From positions 8,806-72,805 of the forward strand of contig JAKQHY010000027.1 of assembly GCA_029555965.1 (NCBI GenBank): a stretch of DNA of 64,000 bases, read 5' to 3'. The DNA comes from Chloroflexota bacterium (GTDB lineage Bacteria; Chloroflexota; Anaerolineae; B4-G1; SLSP01). Shown in pieces: positions 43,886 through 55,650 of this stretch (the stretch's first letter is position 1; each line of letters starts with the position of its first letter). The position numbers and the translations under genes are program-made. The notes below the pieces were generated by a model that was not told the origin of the DNA, searched no databases, and saw nothing but the letters and a program-made list of their open reading frames with translations.

Positions 43886-44848
43886 CTAAAGAGCAATGGC
43901 CGCTTCGGCCTCGTCCGTCCAAAACCCTTTTGCCTTAAGTTGCTCGACCAACTCATCCAGGGACTTTTCACCGAAATTACGAATTGACAACATCGCATCC
44001 CGACCACGCGCCAACATTTCCAGGACTTCACCTACATTGGAAATGCCGGTACGCTTCAATGCATTGTAAACCCGCACTCCCAGGCCTAAATCCTCAATAG
44101 GAGTAGCATAGGCTTGATGTGGAATCGATTCGCGCTGAGCAGCCGTATCAAACTCCAACTCTTCTTCCAACTCAGCACCGGCAATCAAACGCAAGTGCGT
44201 CACCAAAACTCGCGCCGATTCCTTGAGTGCATCAAGGGGGGCCACTCGCCCATCAGTCCAAACGTCCATCGCCAGGCGATCATAGTTGGTTAACTGACCA
44301 ACACGGGCTTGCTCGATATGAAAGTTGACGCGGCGCACGGGACTGAAGATAGCATCCACCGGTAAAACCCCAATTGGCATACGCCCACGCCCCTCAGAAG
44401 ACAAATACCCGCGGCCTTTCTCTACCGTAAACTCAAAATCAAGATGCACACTCTCGTCATCTACAGTAAACAGGTAAAGTTCAGGATTCAGGATTTCAAT
44501 CTCCGGTGGTGCGATGATATCACTTGCGGTGACCATACCAGGGCCTTCGACACGCAACGTCATATATTGCGTACCTTCCCCTTCCATAGACAGCCGCACC
44601 TTCTTGAGTTGAAGAATGACCTGGATCACATCTTCCCGCACCCCAGGAATGGCCGCGAACTCATGCGGGATATCTGTAATCCGTACTGCGGTAATTGCGG
44701 CACCTTCAAGGGAAGAAAGCAAAACCCGTCGCAAGGAATTCCCTAAGGTGACCCCATAACCGCTCTCCAGCGGGCCGATAATATACCGGCCATACTGCTC
44801 GGCATTCACTGCAACCTCAACCTTGGGCAGAACTGGCGCTACTAACAC
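43886..44848 (-). CDS. rpoA: DNA-directed RNA polymerase subunit alpha
   Basis: 320 aa; N-terminal dimerisation domain and C-terminal HhH CTD. Confidence 0.93.
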   Translation of the reverse strand: MLVAPVLPKVEVAVNAEQYGRYIIGPLESGYGVTLGNSLRRVLLSSLEGAAITAVRITDIPHEFAAIPGVREDVIQVILQLKKVRLSMEGEGTQYMTLRVEGPGMVTASDIIAPPEIEILNPELYLFTVDDESVHLDFEFTVEKGRGYLSSEGRGRMPIGVLPVDAIFSPVRRVNFHIEQARVGQLTNYDRLAMDVWTDGRVAPLDALKESARVLVTHLRLIAGAELEEELEFDTAAQRESIPHQAYATPIEDLGLGVRVYNALKRTGISNVGEVLEMLARGRDAMLSIRNFGEKSLDELVEQLKAKGFWTDEAEAAIAL

Positions 44849-44865
44849 ATCGCCTCCTGTCTGCT

Positions 44866-45504
44866 TTAGCGTGAATAGAATTCGACGATCAACTGCTCCT
44901 CAATCGGAACGTCGATCTCCGGGCGAGTGGGAAATGCTAACACTCGCGCATCCAATGTCTCTTCATCAAAACTCAACCAAGCAGGCACTTGACGCTTCCC
45001 CAGCAGTTCCCGGCGTTCTTTAAAATACTTATCACGTCGGCTCTCTGGTCGCACACATACCACATCACTGGGCCGCACAAGAAGGGATGGCACATCCGTC
45101 TTCCGCCCGTTCACAGTAAAATGCCCATGCGATACCAATTGGCGTGCTTGCGATCGGGAATCAGCTAACCCCAGACGATAAACCACGTTATCCAGACGGG
45201 TCTCCAACACAGCTAACAAATTCTCGCCCGTCATACCAGGGCGGCGCAAAGCCACGCGAAAGTAGCGGCGGAACTGCCGCTCCAACACGCCATAAATACG
45301 CCGAGCCTTTTGTTTTTCACGCAACTGCATTGCATAGTCTGACAACTTGCGGCGCTGGAAACCAGCCCCCTTACCATGCTGACCGGGAGGATAAGAACGT
45401 CGCTCGAAGGGGCACTTATCTACATAACACTTATCCCCTTTGAGGTACAACTTCATCCCTTCACGACGACAAAGCTTACACGCAGGACCAATATACCTTG
45501 CCAT
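44866..45504 (-). CDS. rpsD: 30S ribosomal protein S4
   Basis: [16 protein letters not shown] zinc-finger N-terminus. Confidence 0.93.
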   Translation of the reverse strand: MARYIGPACKLCRREGMKLYLKGDKCYVDKCPFERRSYPPGQHGKGAGFQRRKLSDYAMQLREKQKARRIYGVLERQFRRYFRVALRRPGMTGENLLAVLETRLDNVVYRLGLADSRSQARQLVSHGHFTVNGRKTDVPSLLVRPSDVVCVRPESRRDKYFKERRELLGKRQVPAWLSFDEETLDARVLAFPTRPEIDVPIEEQLIVEFYSR

Positions 45505-45531
45505 ATTTTCTCCCTACTGCTCCTCTCTGGC

Positions 45532-45936
45532 TTACACGCGCCGTCGCTTGGGAGCACGACAACCATTATGAGGAATTGGCGTCGTATCCACAATGGACCG
45601 CACCCGTAACCCGGCGGCGGCAATCGCCCGCAATGAGGCTTCGCGTCCCGGGCCAGCGCCTTTTACAAAGACATCCACCTCTTGCATCCCATCATTTTCC
45701 ACAGTTTCCCTGGCAACTTTCTCCGCAGCCGTCCGCGCAGCGAAGGGTGTACTCTTACGAGTTCCCTTGAAACCAACTGCCCCGGCACTCGAAGAACGAA
45801 TAACATTCCCTTGAGGGTCAGTCACTGTTACAATCGTGTTATTAAACGTCGTCTTAATATACATACAGCCGCGGGGGACGCTTCGCTTGACGCGCCGGGT
45901 CACTTTCCGCGCAGTTCGTGCTTGACGTTTAGCCAT
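45532..45936 (-). CDS. rpsK: 30S ribosomal protein S11
   Basis: 134 aa S11 family. Confidence 0.92.
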   Translation of the reverse strand: MAKRQARTARKVTRRVKRSVPRGCMYIKTTFNNTIVTVTDPQGNVIRSSSAGAVGFKGTRKSTPFAARTAAEKVARETVENDGMQEVDVFVKGAGPGREASLRAIAAAGLRVRSIVDTTPIPHNGCRAPKRRRV

Positions 45937-46013
45937 AAAGCCTCCTGAGTTCTTCTAATAAAATACCTTCAATCAAAACCAGCGCACCAGGTTGGCCCAC
46001 AGGCCAGCCAGTG

Positions 46014-46403
46014 CTACTTTTTCTTGGACCCACGACGACGCCCACGCCCTGGAACCGTCTTTTTCGGTCCACGCTTGGTGCGTGCATTGGTGCGAGTCCG
46101 TTGTCCATGCACCGGGAGGTTGCGCCGATGGCGCAGACCACGGTAGGAGCCGATTTCGATCAGGCGTTTAATGTTCATCTGTACTTCACGCCGCAGATCG
46201 CCTTCAACGACATAATCGTGATCAACAATATCACGCAATGCCGCCAGTTCCGACTCCGTTAAATCTTTCTCGCGTTTATCAGGATTAATCCCCGCGCGTT
46301 GGAGAATATCGTTGCTGCTCTTGCGCCCAATACCGTAAACATAGGTGAGTGCAATCTCAATACGCTTATTGCGCGGAAGATCAACCCCTGCTATACGTGC
46401 CAT
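46014..46403 (-). CDS. rpsM: 30S ribosomal protein S13
   Basis: [15 protein letters not shown]-terminus. Confidence 0.93.
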   Translation of the reverse strand: MARIAGVDLPRNKRIEIALTYVYGIGRKSSNDILQRAGINPDKREKDLTESELAALRDIVDHDYVVEGDLRREVQMNIKRLIEIGSYRGLRHRRNLPVHGQRTRTNARTKRGPKKTVPGRGRRRGSKKK

Positions 46404-46520
46404 AGTTTATCCAGCCTCCTCTAGCGAATCAAAAAAGTGAAACGCAAAACTTACTTTACGATTCCGTCACGCATCCTCAGATGAGCCTTAGCTCAGAGGG
46501 AAGCACGCGGCGACACAACT

Positions 46521-46634
46521 TTATCCCTGGCGCTGCTTATGCTTAGGATTCTCACAAATGACCCGGATAATCCCACGCCGCCGAATAATCTTGCACTTCG
46601 GGCAACGCCGCTTGACAGATGGTAATACTTTCAT
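46521..46634 (-). CDS. rpmJ: 50S ribosomal protein L36 (Zn-ribbon type)
   Basis: Hand-translated 37 aa [37 protein letters not shown]; absent from ORF track (<60 aa). Confidence 0.85.
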   Translation of the reverse strand: MKVLPSVKRRCPKCKIIRRRGIIRVICENPKHKQRQG

Positions 46635-46700
46635 TTCTGACTCCTTCCAGCTATATCACTCCGGTCATCACACACAACGACCTTACATTATACCACACTT

Positions 46701-48041
46701 TTAGCGCAAGAACCCTTCATAGTTCCGCATTAAGAGTTGGGCCTCCAGCTGCCGCATTGTATCCATCACGGTACCCACGACAATCAGCAGACCGGAACTT
46801 TGAATCAACATTTGACTGTTGGGCATGAAAATCCCCACGATGTAGGGTATAACCGCCACAAACCCCAGAAACAGCGCGCCCACCAACGTGATGCGTTGAT
46901 AGATGCTGGTGATAAACTCCTCCGTCTTTTTGCCAGGGCGTACACCAGGAATGAACCCACCTTGCTTTTGCAACATCTCCGGCAGGTTTTGCTGCTCGAT
47001 CATCACGAAAGTGTAAAAGTAGGTAAACCCGACGACGGCAAGGAAGTAAACCGGCGCGTACCACGGGTGCTGCCCACCAAAGAACTCTATCACACCATTC
47101 GCAAACGTAACCACACTCGAATTTGTCGAACCTAGCAAGAACTGAGCAATCACCGCCGGAAAAGCCAAGATGGACTGGGCGAAGATCAAGGGAATCATGC
47201 CTGCGGTGTTAATCTTCAGGGGAATATACGTGCTTCCCCCTCCATACACCTTCATACCCCGCACGCGCTTGCCGTACTGCACCTTGACGCGACGTTCACC
47301 GTTTTGAACAAACACGATGAGAAACATCACCATGGCGGTCAATAATACGAAAACAACTGCCCAGATGCCCCCAGTGAGTGTAACCTTCTCGCCACCTTCC
47401 ATCAAAATTGAACGCAAACTTGACGGGACACGCGACACGATCCCCCCAAAGATAATCAAGGACAGGCCGTTTCCAATCCCTTGCTCGGTGATCAACTCAC
47501 CGAGCCAGATGGCAAACATAGTGCCACCGGTCATAGTGAGCAACAAAGTTAAAGTCGGCAAAATCTGCGTTGCCCCCCACCCGAAGTTGGGAAGAATTTG
47601 CTGCGTGCCAATCGTCGCGGAGCGGAAGAGCTGCGCCTGACCATAAGCCTGCAGGAGCGCCAGAGGCACCGTCAGATAAAAAGTCCATCGGTTCATCTTC
47701 CGCTGGCCTTCCTCACCTTCGTCCTTGATGCGCTGTTCCCATTTCGGGAAGATCGGGAGCAGTAACTGCAACACCAAAGACGCGGTCACATACGGATAGA
47801 CGCCGGCAGCCAATACAGAGAAATTCGATACTGCCCCACCGGACAACAGGTCCAACAATCCCACAAAGGCCCCCGTGCCTGACTGTGATGCTGATTCAAA
47901 AAACATCTGTAACGCGGTCCGATCTACACCGGGGCTAGGGATATTTGCCGCCATACGGTAAATGACCAGGATCAAGACAGTGTAAAAGATCCGTCGGCGC
48001 AAATCCGGAAGTTTAAACGCATTGAACAAGGCCGAAATCAT
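46701..48041 (-). CDS. secY: preprotein translocase subunit SecY
   Basis: 446 aa, 10 TM segments, SecY signature. Confidence 0.93.
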   Translation of the reverse strand: MISALFNAFKLPDLRRRIFYTVLILVIYRMAANIPSPGVDRTALQMFFESASQSGTGAFVGLLDLLSGGAVSNFSVLAAGVYPYVTASLVLQLLLPIFPKWEQRIKDEGEEGQRKMNRWTFYLTVPLALLQAYGQAQLFRSATIGTQQILPNFGWGATQILPTLTLLLTMTGGTMFAIWLGELITEQGIGNGLSLIIFGGIVSRVPSSLRSILMEGGEKVTLTGGIWAVVFVLLTAMVMFLIVFVQNGERRVKVQYGKRVRGMKVYGGGSTYIPLKINTAGMIPLIFAQSILAFPAVIAQFLLGSTNSSVVTFANGVIEFFGGQHPWYAPVYFLAVVGFTYFYTFVMIEQQNLPEMLQKQGGFIPGVRPGKKTEEFITSIYQRITLVGALFLGFVAVIPYIVGIFMPNSQMLIQSSGLLIVVGTVMDTMRQLEAQLLMRNYEGFLR

Positions 48042-48084
48042 CAGTTAGTCTCCTTCGTCAGATAGGCTTCAACACCACCGTAGA

Positions 48085-48564
48085 TTAACGGGTGCGATGC
48101 CCTCCGCGCGTCCAGGGTAAAAGCTCCACAACGCCGCCGGCCGTTTCGATCTTAACGCGAGCCGTGTCTGAAACACGATGTGCCATCACTTTTAAGGGTC
48201 GGTCAATTTCTCCACGCCCCAAGATAACCACCAACTTATTAGATTGTATCAGGCCAGACTCGGCCAGCGTCTCCGGTGAAACTTCAGCACCCGTGTCAAA
48301 AGATGTATTAAGTTGATCCAGGTTCACCGGTTGAAAATCCGTCCTATAGGGATTGAAAAACTTATAACCTCTCGCGAAAGGGAGTTTTCGGACTAGCGGC
48401 AACTGCCCACCTTCAAAGTAGGGACGTACCCCGCCCCCACTGCGCGCGTTCTGGCCCTTGGTACCCCGTCCGGCCGTCTTACCCTGACCAGCGGCAATAC
48501 CACGACCCACGCGCTTCTTGCGCTTCGTTGCCCCCTCATTGGGGTGCAAATCATGCAATTTCAT
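48085..48564 (-). CDS. rplO: 50S ribosomal protein L15
   Basis: Gly-rich MKLHDLHPNEGATKRKKRVGRG. Confidence 0.92.
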   Translation of the reverse strand: MKLHDLHPNEGATKRKKRVGRGIAAGQGKTAGRGTKGQNARSGGGVRPYFEGGQLPLVRKLPFARGYKFFNPYRTDFQPVNLDQLNTSFDTGAEVSPETLAESGLIQSNKLVVILGRGEIDRPLKVMAHRVSDTARVKIETAGGVVELLPWTRGGHRTR

Positions 48565-48581
48565 GCTATAGCCTCCCTACC

Positions 48582-48770
48582 CTATTCCTCAACTTCCTGA
48601 ACCACCAGCAAGTGAGAGATTTTGTGGACCATTCCCCGCACCGCGGGGTTATCCGGCAATACCACCACTTGATTCAGCTTGCGCAATCCCAACGCCTTCA
48701 CAGTACGCTTCTGCTGAATCGAATACCCAATCGGACTATGCACAAGCTTAACGCGCAATTTTTTATCCAT
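48582..48770 (-). CDS. rpmD: 50S ribosomal protein L30
   Basis: 62 aa L30 family. Confidence 0.88.
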   Translation of the reverse strand: MDKKLRVKLVHSPIGYSIQQKRTVKALGLRKLNQVVVLPDNPAVRGMVHKISHLLVVQEVEE

Positions 48771-49318
48771 TACGCACTCCTCCTGCGCCAGAAGGGCATG
48801 ACCTCGGCCACGGGCTTATTGCGTTCCTGAGCCACTTCTTCGACCCAGCGCAATTGACTGAGTGCTGACATCGTCGCTTGAACTACGTTAACCTGCGTCG
48901 CGCTACCGCCCGATTTGGTCAACACGTCATGAATACCCGCAGCTTCCAATACAGCGCGCACGCCACCACCAGCGATAACGCCAGTACCCTTCGTAGCCGG
49001 ACGCAGGAGAACTTGCGCCCCGCCACAAGCTCCGGTTACTTCATGAGGAATAGTTGTACCTTCCAGGGGAATAACATGCATGGCCTGACGCGCCCGCGTG
49101 GTCGCCTTGGCAATCGCATCTGGAACTGTGCGGGCCTTGCCAATGCCTAAGCCCACCTGCCCTTTGTTATCCCCAACGACTGCCACCACCCGGAAGTGAA
49201 AGGTACGACCGCCTTTAATCACTTTAGCTACCCGTGTAATATCCACTACACGTTCGTCCAGTTCGTCCTGCTCTTCCTCAAACGGCTTGCGATTCCGAGT
49301 TTTTTCTCGTGATTCCAT
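48770..49318 (-). CDS. rpsE: 30S ribosomal protein S5
   Basis: start set at [10 protein letters not shown] (GGGAGG RBS) rather than upstream ATG of ORF track; dsRBD+S5 domain. Confidence 0.9.
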   Translation of the reverse strand: MESREKTRNRKPFEEEQDELDERVVDITRVAKVIKGGRTFHFRVVAVVGDNKGQVGLGIGKARTVPDAIAKATTRARQAMHVIPLEGTTIPHEVTGACGGAQVLLRPATKGTGVIAGGGVRAVLEAAGIHDVLTKSGGSATQVNVVQATMSALSQLRWVEEVAQERNKPVAEVMPFWRRRSA

Positions 49319-49334
49319 AATTCCTCCCGCCGGA

Positions 49335-49703
49335 TTAGAAATCCAGCCCCACTTCACGGGCCGCGTCAGCAAGCGCTTTCACCCGGCCATGATATTTGTA
49401 ACCACCTCGGTCGAACACGACCATCGTAATTCCTTTAGACAACGCCCGTTTCGCCACAGTCTTCCCCACCACCTGCGCCTGCTCCACCTTAGACAAGCCG
49501 GCCATTTGTTCGCGCAATTCGCGATCAATAGTAGAGGCAGCGGCCAGGGTGTTTCCTGTCGTATCGTCAATCACCTGCACATAGATATGACTCAAGCTGC
49601 GGAAGACATTCAAACGTGGACGTTCTGGCGTCCCATGCACCGTCTTACGAATATGCGCATGGCGCCGCAAGCGGGCCGCACGACGATCAATTTCTGGTTT
49701 CAT
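49335..49703 (-). CDS. rplR: 50S ribosomal protein L18
   Basis: 122 aa L18 family. Confidence 0.92.
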   Translation of the reverse strand: MKPEIDRRAARLRRHAHIRKTVHGTPERPRLNVFRSLSHIYVQVIDDTTGNTLAAASTIDRELREQMAGLSKVEQAQVVGKTVAKRALSKGITMVVFDRGGYKYHGRVKALADAAREVGLDF

Positions 49704-49737
49704 ATCCTACTTCACCCTTAGTGCCACGATTGAAAAA

Positions 49738-50283
49738 TTAACCGGCTTTACCCGTTTTACCGGCCTTGCGCCGGACAACCTCACCCTGGTAACGAATGCC
49801 CTTGCCCAAATACGGCTCAACGGGCCGCCAACCGCGGATCTCAGCTGCGAGCCGACCAACGACTTCTTTGTCATAGCCTCTGACCGTGATCGTGCTGGCA
49901 CGCGGATTGACCTCATATTCGATTCCTACCGGGGGAACAAGCACCACCGGATGCGAGAATCCCAGGTTCATTACCAGGTTTTTACCCTGGAGTTCCGCAC
50001 GGTACCCGGTCCCGTGAATTTCTAATGTGATGCTGTACCCTTGGGTCACCCCAATCACCATATTGTTGATCAAGGAGCGAGTCAGCCCATGGAGCGCTTT
50101 GAATTGCCGCTCATCATTGGGGCGCCGCACACACACGCCCGTCTCTTCCAAGGTTATGGTCAGTTCAGAATGAAATTCGCGCGTCATCGCGCCCTTTGGG
50201 CCACTGACCGTAACTTTGGCTCCTTCAATTTCCACTTTTACTCCGGTCGGAACCGGAACTGGGAGTTTACCTATCCGCGACAC
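49738..50283 (-). CDS. rplF: 50S ribosomal protein L6 (GTG start)
   Basis: start set at GTG (VSRIGKLPVPVP) after GGAGGAGG RBS; ORF track N-extension rejected. Confidence 0.88.
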   Translation of the reverse strand: MSRIGKLPVPVPTGVKVEIEGAKVTVSGPKGAMTREFHSELTITLEETGVCVRRPNDERQFKALHGLTRSLINNMVIGVTQGYSITLEIHGTGYRAELQGKNLVMNLGFSHPVVLVPPVGIEYEVNPRASTITVRGYDKEVVGRLAAEIRGWRPVEPYLGKGIRYQGEVVRRKAGKTGKAG

Positions 50284-50306
50284 AAAACACCTCCTCCACA
50301 AACAGG

Positions 50307-50717
50307 CTACCAGACATAGCAGAGGATTTCCCCGCCGACATTGAGCCGGCGCGCCTGTTGGCCTGTGATAATCCCTTTGGGTGTGGAAAGAATTGCAATT
50401 CCCATACCACTCCGCACCCACGGAATCTCTTGAACCGATGTATAAATGCGACGCCCCGGCTTGCTTACCCGCGTCAGGGTTGTAATGACTGAGCGTTGGC
50501 GTTTCACGCCGCCCACATACTTGAGTTGAAGCACAAGTGTTTGGTGGGATTTCTCATCGGTTGCCACTTTATAACTTTCAATGTACCCTTCGTCCTTAAG
50601 AATTTTAGCAATCGCCACTTTCATTTTAGAAGAAGGCATTGACACTGTCGCGTGCTTCGCCATCAAGGCGTTACGAACACGTGTTAACATATCAGCAATT
50701 GGATCTGAAGTCATCAT
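50307..50717 (-). CDS. rpsH: 30S ribosomal protein S8
   Basis: 136 aa S8 family. Confidence 0.92.
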   Translation of the reverse strand: MMTSDPIADMLTRVRNALMAKHATVSMPSSKMKVAIAKILKDEGYIESYKVATDEKSHQTLVLQLKYVGGVKRQRSVITTLTRVSKPGRRIYTSVQEIPWVRSGMGIAILSTPKGIITGQQARRLNVGGEILCYVW

Positions 50718-50729
50718 AGTTTTACTCCA

Positions 50730-50912
50730 TTACCAACTGGCTTTAACCAGACCAGGAATTTGTCCTTCTAAAGCCAATTCACGGACACAAATACGGCACA
50801 AACCGAATCGGCGGTAATACCCGCGCGGACGACCACAACGGGAACAACGATTCCGCACCCGCACCTTGTACTTGCGCCGCGTTTCCCGAATCGGCATTGA
50901 TGTTTTAGCCAT
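50730..50912 (-). CDS. rpsZ: 30S ribosomal protein S14 type Z (zinc-binding)
   Basis: 61 aa with CxxC...CxxC. Confidence 0.9.
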   Translation of the reverse strand: MAKTSMPIRETRRKYKVRVRNRCSRCGRPRGYYRRFGLCRICVRELALEGQIPGLVKASW

Positions 50913-50938
50913 ATGCTACTCCTCACCTCATCACTAAA

Positions 50939-51487
50939 TTATGAACGCCGGAACGGCATCCCTAACAATTCCAGCAAGCGGCGCGCTTCCTCGTCCGTGC
51001 CAGCCGTCGTACTAATGCAGACTTCCATCCCCCGAATCTTGTCAATCTTATCGTAATCAATTTCAGGGAACAACAACTGTTCACGCAGGCCCAGGGTATA
51101 GTTCCCCCGACCGTCTAATTTATCAGGAACCCCGCGGAAGTCACGCGTCCGGGGCAATGCTACATTGATCAACCGATCCAGGAAGGCCCACATGCGGTCA
51201 CCACGCAAAGTTACCTTAACGCCCACGGCGCGCCCTTCACGCAATTTGAAGTTAGCAATGGACTTGCGCGCTTTGGTAACGACCGGTTGTTGCCCGGTGA
51301 TAGTGCGCAGATCGCCCACAGCATATTCAATTGCCTTGGGATTGTCCAAAGCTTCCCCCATGCCAATGTTTACCACTACTTTGCGGATTCGGGGAATGCA
51401 CATGACATTATCATAGCCAAAATCCTTCATCAGGGTTGGCACGATCTCTTCACGGTAATGATTCTTAAGCTGCTGCATCCGTGTCAC
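50939..51487 (-). CDS. rplE: 50S ribosomal protein L5
   Basis: 182 aa L5 family. Confidence 0.92.
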   Translation of the reverse strand: MTRMQQLKNHYREEIVPTLMKDFGYDNVMCIPRIRKVVVNIGMGEALDNPKAIEYAVGDLRTITGQQPVVTKARKSIANFKLREGRAVGVKVTLRGDRMWAFLDRLINVALPRTRDFRGVPDKLDGRGNYTLGLREQLLFPEIDYDKIDKIRGMEVCISTTAGTDEEARRLLELLGMPFRRS

Positions 51488-51489
51488 TC

Positions 51490-51816
51490 CTAATCAATCA
51501 CATCACCGGTGCGCCGAGAAATGCGCACCTTACGGCCATCCACCACTTTGAATCCCACGCGCGTCGGCAGGTTATCCTTAGGAGACACCAACATCACGTT
51601 GGAAATATGGATCGGCGCTTCAAACCGGATACGTCCGCCTTGCATCTGCGAACGCCCAGCCCGCTGTGCATTTTGATGCTTGGTGATGATATTCACTTTT
51701 GAAACAACTACGCGGTTTTCTTTGATCAATACCCGCAATACCTCGCCGCGCATTCCTTTATCATCACCCGCAATCACTTCAACGATATCGCCTTTCTTAA
51801 TACGATTCATAATCAC
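51490..51816 (-). CDS. rplX: 50S ribosomal protein L24
   Basis: KOW motif [15 protein letters not shown]. Confidence 0.92.
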   Translation of the reverse strand: MIMNRIKKGDIVEVIAGDDKGMRGEVLRVLIKENRVVVSKVNIITKHQNAQRAGRSQMQGGRIRFEAPIHISNVMLVSPKDNLPTRVGFKVVDGRKVRISRRTGDVID

Positions 51817-51830
51817 ACCTCTTCCCTACC

Positions 51831-52202
51831 CTACAGCACTTCGGGCGCCAAAGATACGATCTTCATAAATCCTTTTTCGCGCAATTCGCGCGCCACCGGC
51901 CCAAAGATACGGGTGCCGCGCGGATTAATTCCAGAAGCGTCCAAAATCACAGCGGCGTTGTCATCAAAGCGAATGTAGGAACCATCAGGACGACGATATT
52001 CTTTAGCAACGCGCACAACTACAGCCCGGACCACTTCCCCCTTCTTCACCGAAGCAGTGGGGGTAGCCGACTTGACAGCGGCCACAATGGAGTCCCCGAT
52101 ATAGGCGTAACGTCGCTTTGAACCGCCAACGACATGGATACACATAATTTCCTGGGCGCCGGTGTTATCGGCCACTTTTAAGTGTGTTTCTGGTTGAATC
52201 AT
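51831..52202 (-). CDS. rplN: 50S ribosomal protein L14
   Basis: [17 protein letters not shown]-terminus. Confidence 0.93.
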   Translation of the reverse strand: MIQPETHLKVADNTGAQEIMCIHVVGGSKRRYAYIGDSIVAAVKSATPTASVKKGEVVRAVVVRVAKEYRRPDGSYIRFDDNAAVILDASGINPRGTRIFGPVARELREKGFMKIVSLAPEVL

Positions 52203-52214
52203 TGCCGCAACTCC

Positions 52215-52466
52215 TTACTCAACCCGTTCCAGGATTTCTTCCACAGTCCAGCGCTTGTGCCGGCTATAGGGGCGGCATTCAATAATCCGCACCTTGTCGC
52301 CCATCTGACAATTGTTCTCTTCATCATGGGCCATATACTTTTTCGCGGCACGCACCACCTTCTGATACAAGGGATGCCGATAGCGCCGCTCTACCGTAAC
52401 CACCACGGTCTTGTCCATCTTGTCACTGGTCACAATTCCAATCAAGTGTTTACGACGCTCCCTCAT
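52215..52466 (-). CDS. rpsQ: 30S ribosomal protein S17
   Basis: 83 aa S17 OB fold. Confidence 0.92.
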   Translation of the reverse strand: MRERRKHLIGIVTSDKMDKTVVVTVERRYRHPLYQKVVRAAKKYMAHDEENNCQMGDKVRIIECRPYSRHKRWTVEEILERVE

Positions 52467-52687
52467 GCCACTTCTCCTTTTTGCGCTATATCTGCTTTCG
52501 TTTCCTGCTCATGGAGAATTGTCAGGATTCGGGCAATCTCTTTGCGGACACTGCGCAGCCGATTGTGATCGCTCAGACTGCCCGCATACCATTGCTGTCG
52601 CAAGTTAAACAACTCACGCCGAGTTTCCTGCAAACGCAGGCGTAATTCATCAATCTTCAGTTTACGTAGTTCCTGTGGTGCAGCCAT
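52463..52687 (-). CDS. rpmC: 50S ribosomal protein L29
   Basis: 74 aa coiled-coil L29. Confidence 0.88.
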   Translation of the reverse strand: MAAPQELRKLKIDELRLRLQETRRELFNLRQQWYAGSLSDHNRLRSVRKEIARILTILHEQETKADIAQKGEVA

Positions 52688-52690
52688 CCC

Positions 52691-53119
52691 TTACTCTCCT
52701 ACTTCACCTACATCCAGGCGCGTAACGACCTGCGTTCTAATCGGGAGTTTGTGAGAAGCCAAGCGAAGAGCCTCATGAGCCACTTCATCTGACACACCAC
52801 TAATCTCGAACATAACCCGACCAGGACGCACGACAGCCACCCACTGGTCTACAGAACCTTTCCCCTTGCCCATGCGGGTTTCTGCTGGTTTAGCCGTAAT
52901 CGGCTTGTCAGGGAAAATACGGATCCAATACTTTCCACGTCGCCGCATATGGCGCACAATAGCACGGCGCGCGGCTTCAATCTGGCGGGCAGTAATCCAA
53001 GAAGGCTCCAAAGCCTGCAATCCATAATCCCCAAAGGACACTGTGATCCCTCGAGATTCCTTTCCCTTCATACGCCCACGTTGCTGCTTGCGATATTTCA
53101 CGCGCTTTGGCATCAACAT
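52691..53119 (-). CDS. rplP: 50S ribosomal protein L16
   Basis: [17 protein letters not shown]-terminus. Confidence 0.93.
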   Translation of the reverse strand: MLMPKRVKYRKQQRGRMKGKESRGITVSFGDYGLQALEPSWITARQIEAARRAIVRHMRRRGKYWIRIFPDKPITAKPAETRMGKGKGSVDQWVAVVRPGRVMFEISGVSDEVAHEALRLASHKLPIRTQVVTRLDVGEVGE

Positions 53120-53143
53120 AGCTCTCTCTCCTCAACCACCATA

Positions 53144-53833
53144 TTAGGACTCAGAAACGCTTTCCACGGATGCAGTCTTTTGCGGCAGGATCTCACCTTT
53201 GTAAATCCAAACCTTGACACCAATACGCCCATACGCTGTCAATGCCTCGCTCTGAGCGTAGTCAATGTCGGCTCGTAAAGTCTGCAACGGAACCTGACCA
53301 TCGCGCATCCATTCCAATCGCGCCATTTCAGCGCCGGCCAAACGACCCGAACACATCACCTTAATACCCTCGGCTCCTGCCCGCATCGCCTGACGCACTG
53401 CGCGCTTCATAGCGCGGCTATGGAAAATACGTTTCTCCAGTTGCGCCACAATGTTTTCCGCCACCAGTTTTGCATCCAGGTCAGGCTGTTCAACTTCATG
53501 CACATCCACATGAACCCGCTTGCCACCGGTGGCTTCCTCAATGCTCTGACGCAACGCTTTAACATTCTCGCCTTTGCGCCCGATCACTACTCCGGGACGC
53601 GCCGTCCAGATAATTACCGATACCTGGTTGGGGGGGAAGCGCTCGATCTCGACCCGCGAAACGCCGCTCTGCCCATCACGCGAGCGCTCACGCATTGTTT
53701 TGTAGATCAACGCTCGAACTTCGCGATCCTCTTTGAGCAGATTTGAATACTCACGGCCCTCGGCAAACCAACGCGAACGCCAATCCCGAATAACCTTCAA
53801 CCGAAACCCATAGGGATGAACTTTACGTCCCAA
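53144..53833 (-). CDS. rpsC: 30S ribosomal protein S3
   Basis: KH domain + S3 C-terminal domain. Confidence 0.93.
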   Translation of the reverse strand: MGRKVHPYGFRLKVIRDWRSRWFAEGREYSNLLKEDREVRALIYKTMRERSRDGQSGVSRVEIERFPPNQVSVIIWTARPGVVIGRKGENVKALRQSIEEATGGKRVHVDVHEVEQPDLDAKLVAENIVAQLEKRIFHSRAMKRAVRQAMRAGAEGIKVMCSGRLAGAEMARLEWMRDGQVPLQTLRADIDYAQSEALTAYGRIGVKVWIYKGEILPQKTASVESVSES

Positions 53834-53856
53834 GACTTCCCTCCTAAAACGCTGAC

Positions 53857-54213
53857 TTACTCAACTCGTTCTTCAAGAACGACAGTGATGTGAGACGAAC
53901 GCTTCCGAATCGGGCGATAGCGCCCCCGGCTTCCCCAACGCGCCCGCCATCCTTTACCCGGCATAGAGCCTGGCCCTTCATCGGCCATAATTTCGGCAAT
54001 ATACAGGTCATTGACACTTAAGCCTAACTCATCCGCATTCGCTACGGCAGAGTGAATGAGCTTATAGACTGGCAATGCTGCCGCGTGCGGCATTGCACGG
54101 AGGGTATTCAAGGCAGCTTGCGCCTGCATTCCCCGCAAAGGCCGAATAATACGCCGTACTTTCAGGGGAGCCATAGGCAAGTGCTTTAATCTGACTTTAA
54201 TGGTCTCGAGCAT
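53857..54213 (-). CDS. rplV: 50S ribosomal protein L22
   Basis: 118 aa L22 family. Confidence 0.9.
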   Translation of the reverse strand: MLETIKVRLKHLPMAPLKVRRIIRPLRGMQAQAALNTLRAMPHAAALPVYKLIHSAVANADELGLSVNDLYIAEIMADEGPGSMPGKGWRARWGSRGRYRPIRKRSSHITVVLEERVE

Positions 54214-54217
54214 AGTC

Positions 54218-54502
54218 CTACCTCGCCACGCGGCCTTTCTTCTCTTTCATAATGTGCCCCCGAAACGTGCGGGTAGGGGCAAATTCGCCCAAACGATGTC
54301 CCACCATATTTTCGGTGACATAAATGGGCACATGGCGACGGCCATCATGAACCGCCAGAGTATGTCCAACCATCTGGGGGAAAATCACAGAAGCACGCGA
54401 CCAAGTGCGCACCACCCGCTTCTGCCCGGTCCGGTTCATCTCTTCGACTTTCTTAAGCAATTTTGGGTCTACGTACGGCCCTTTCTTCAAAGAACGCGAC
54501 AT
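54218..54502 (-). CDS. rpsS: 30S ribosomal protein S19
   Basis: start set at [12 protein letters not shown] with GGAGG RBS; 52-codon N-extension of ORF track rejected. Confidence 0.9.
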   Translation of the reverse strand: MSRSLKKGPYVDPKLLKKVEEMNRTGQKRVVRTWSRASVIFPQMVGHTLAVHDGRRHVPIYVTENMVGHRLGEFAPTRTFRGHIMKEKKGRVAR

Positions 54503-54521
54503 TCTTGCTTCCTCCCTACTC

Positions 54522-55358
54522 TTAACGACCCGACCCACGCCGGCGGACGATGTATTTGTCAGTCTTCTTATTGCGGCGAGTCTTACGCCCCAATGTACGC
54601 CATCCCCAGGGGGACTTAGGCCCAGGCATACCCACCGGAGAACGGCCTTCACCACCACCGTGCGGGTGATCGCGCGGTGTCATCGCAGACCCACGAATGG
54701 CAGGGCGCCACCCGCGCCAACGCTTGCTGCCAGCTTTGCCCAATTTGACATTCGCATGGTCAACATTGCCAACCTGTCCGACGGTAGCCATACACTCTTT
54801 GTGCACCCGGCGCATCTCGCTGCTGGGCAAACGCAACGTAATATACTCGCCTTCCTTAGCCAAAACTTGGGCCGCCGTGCCGGCAGCCCGCGCCAATTGC
54901 CCCCCACGACCAGGATACAACTCCACATTGTGTACCACCGTACCGAGCGGAACGTATTCCAACCGCATAGCATTCCCCACCCGGGCATCCCCGGACTCTT
55001 GCGTGCTGATCACGGTTTGTCCCACCTTAAGCCCGACGGGCGCCAGGATGTAGCGTTTCTCACCGTCAGCATAGATCAACAAGGCAATCCGCGCCGAGCG
55101 ATTGGGATCATACTCAATGGAGTCAACCCGCGCCGGAATGTTGAACTTATCCCGACGGAAGTCAATCAGACGATACTTACGTGCATGCCCACCGCCACGG
55201 TGCCGTACCGTAATCCGTCCATAGGCATTGCGCCCAGCATTCTTGCTCAGGGGCCGAACCAAACTCCGCTCTGGCTTAGCCCGTGTAATATCCTCAAAGG
55301 TCTGGCCAACCATCCAACGACGACCAGGTGACGTGGGATTATGTTTTTTCAGTCCCAT
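54522..55358 (-). CDS. rplB: 50S ribosomal protein L2
   Basis: start set at [14 protein letters not shown] (GGAGG RBS). Confidence 0.92.
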   Translation of the reverse strand: MGLKKHNPTSPGRRWMVGQTFEDITRAKPERSLVRPLSKNAGRNAYGRITVRHRGGGHARKYRLIDFRRDKFNIPARVDSIEYDPNRSARIALLIYADGEKRYILAPVGLKVGQTVISTQESGDARVGNAMRLEYVPLGTVVHNVELYPGRGGQLARAAGTAAQVLAKEGEYITLRLPSSEMRRVHKECMATVGQVGNVDHANVKLGKAGSKRWRGWRPAIRGSAMTPRDHPHGGGEGRSPVGMPGPKSPWGWRTLGRKTRRNKKTDKYIVRRRGSGR

Positions 55359-55359
55359 C

Positions 55360-55647
55360 TTATGCCTCCAATGCCTCAATCCGCTCACCGGGCAATAAGG
55401 TAACTATGGCCTTTTTCCACGGCGCATGGCGCGTTACCCGTCGCCGACCCCGCATGTGGTTAATCTTTGCAGGCATGTTCATCACATTGACAGCGTTAAC
55501 TTTCACGTCGTAGATTTCTTCGACGGCCTGCTGAATCTGCAACTTATTCGCTCCACGATTCACAATAAAGACATACTGTCCTGCTTCACGCTGGATATAG
55601 GATTTTTCTGTCTCTAATGGGCGTACAATGATCTCATAGATATTCAT
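55360..55647 (-). CDS. rplW: 50S ribosomal protein L23
   Basis: 95 aa L23 family. Confidence 0.9.
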   Translation of the reverse strand: MNIYEIIVRPLETEKSYIQREAGQYVFIVNRGANKLQIQQAVEEIYDVKVNAVNVMNMPAKINHMRGRRRVTRHAPWKKAIVTLLPGERIEALEA

Positions 55648-55650
55648 ATC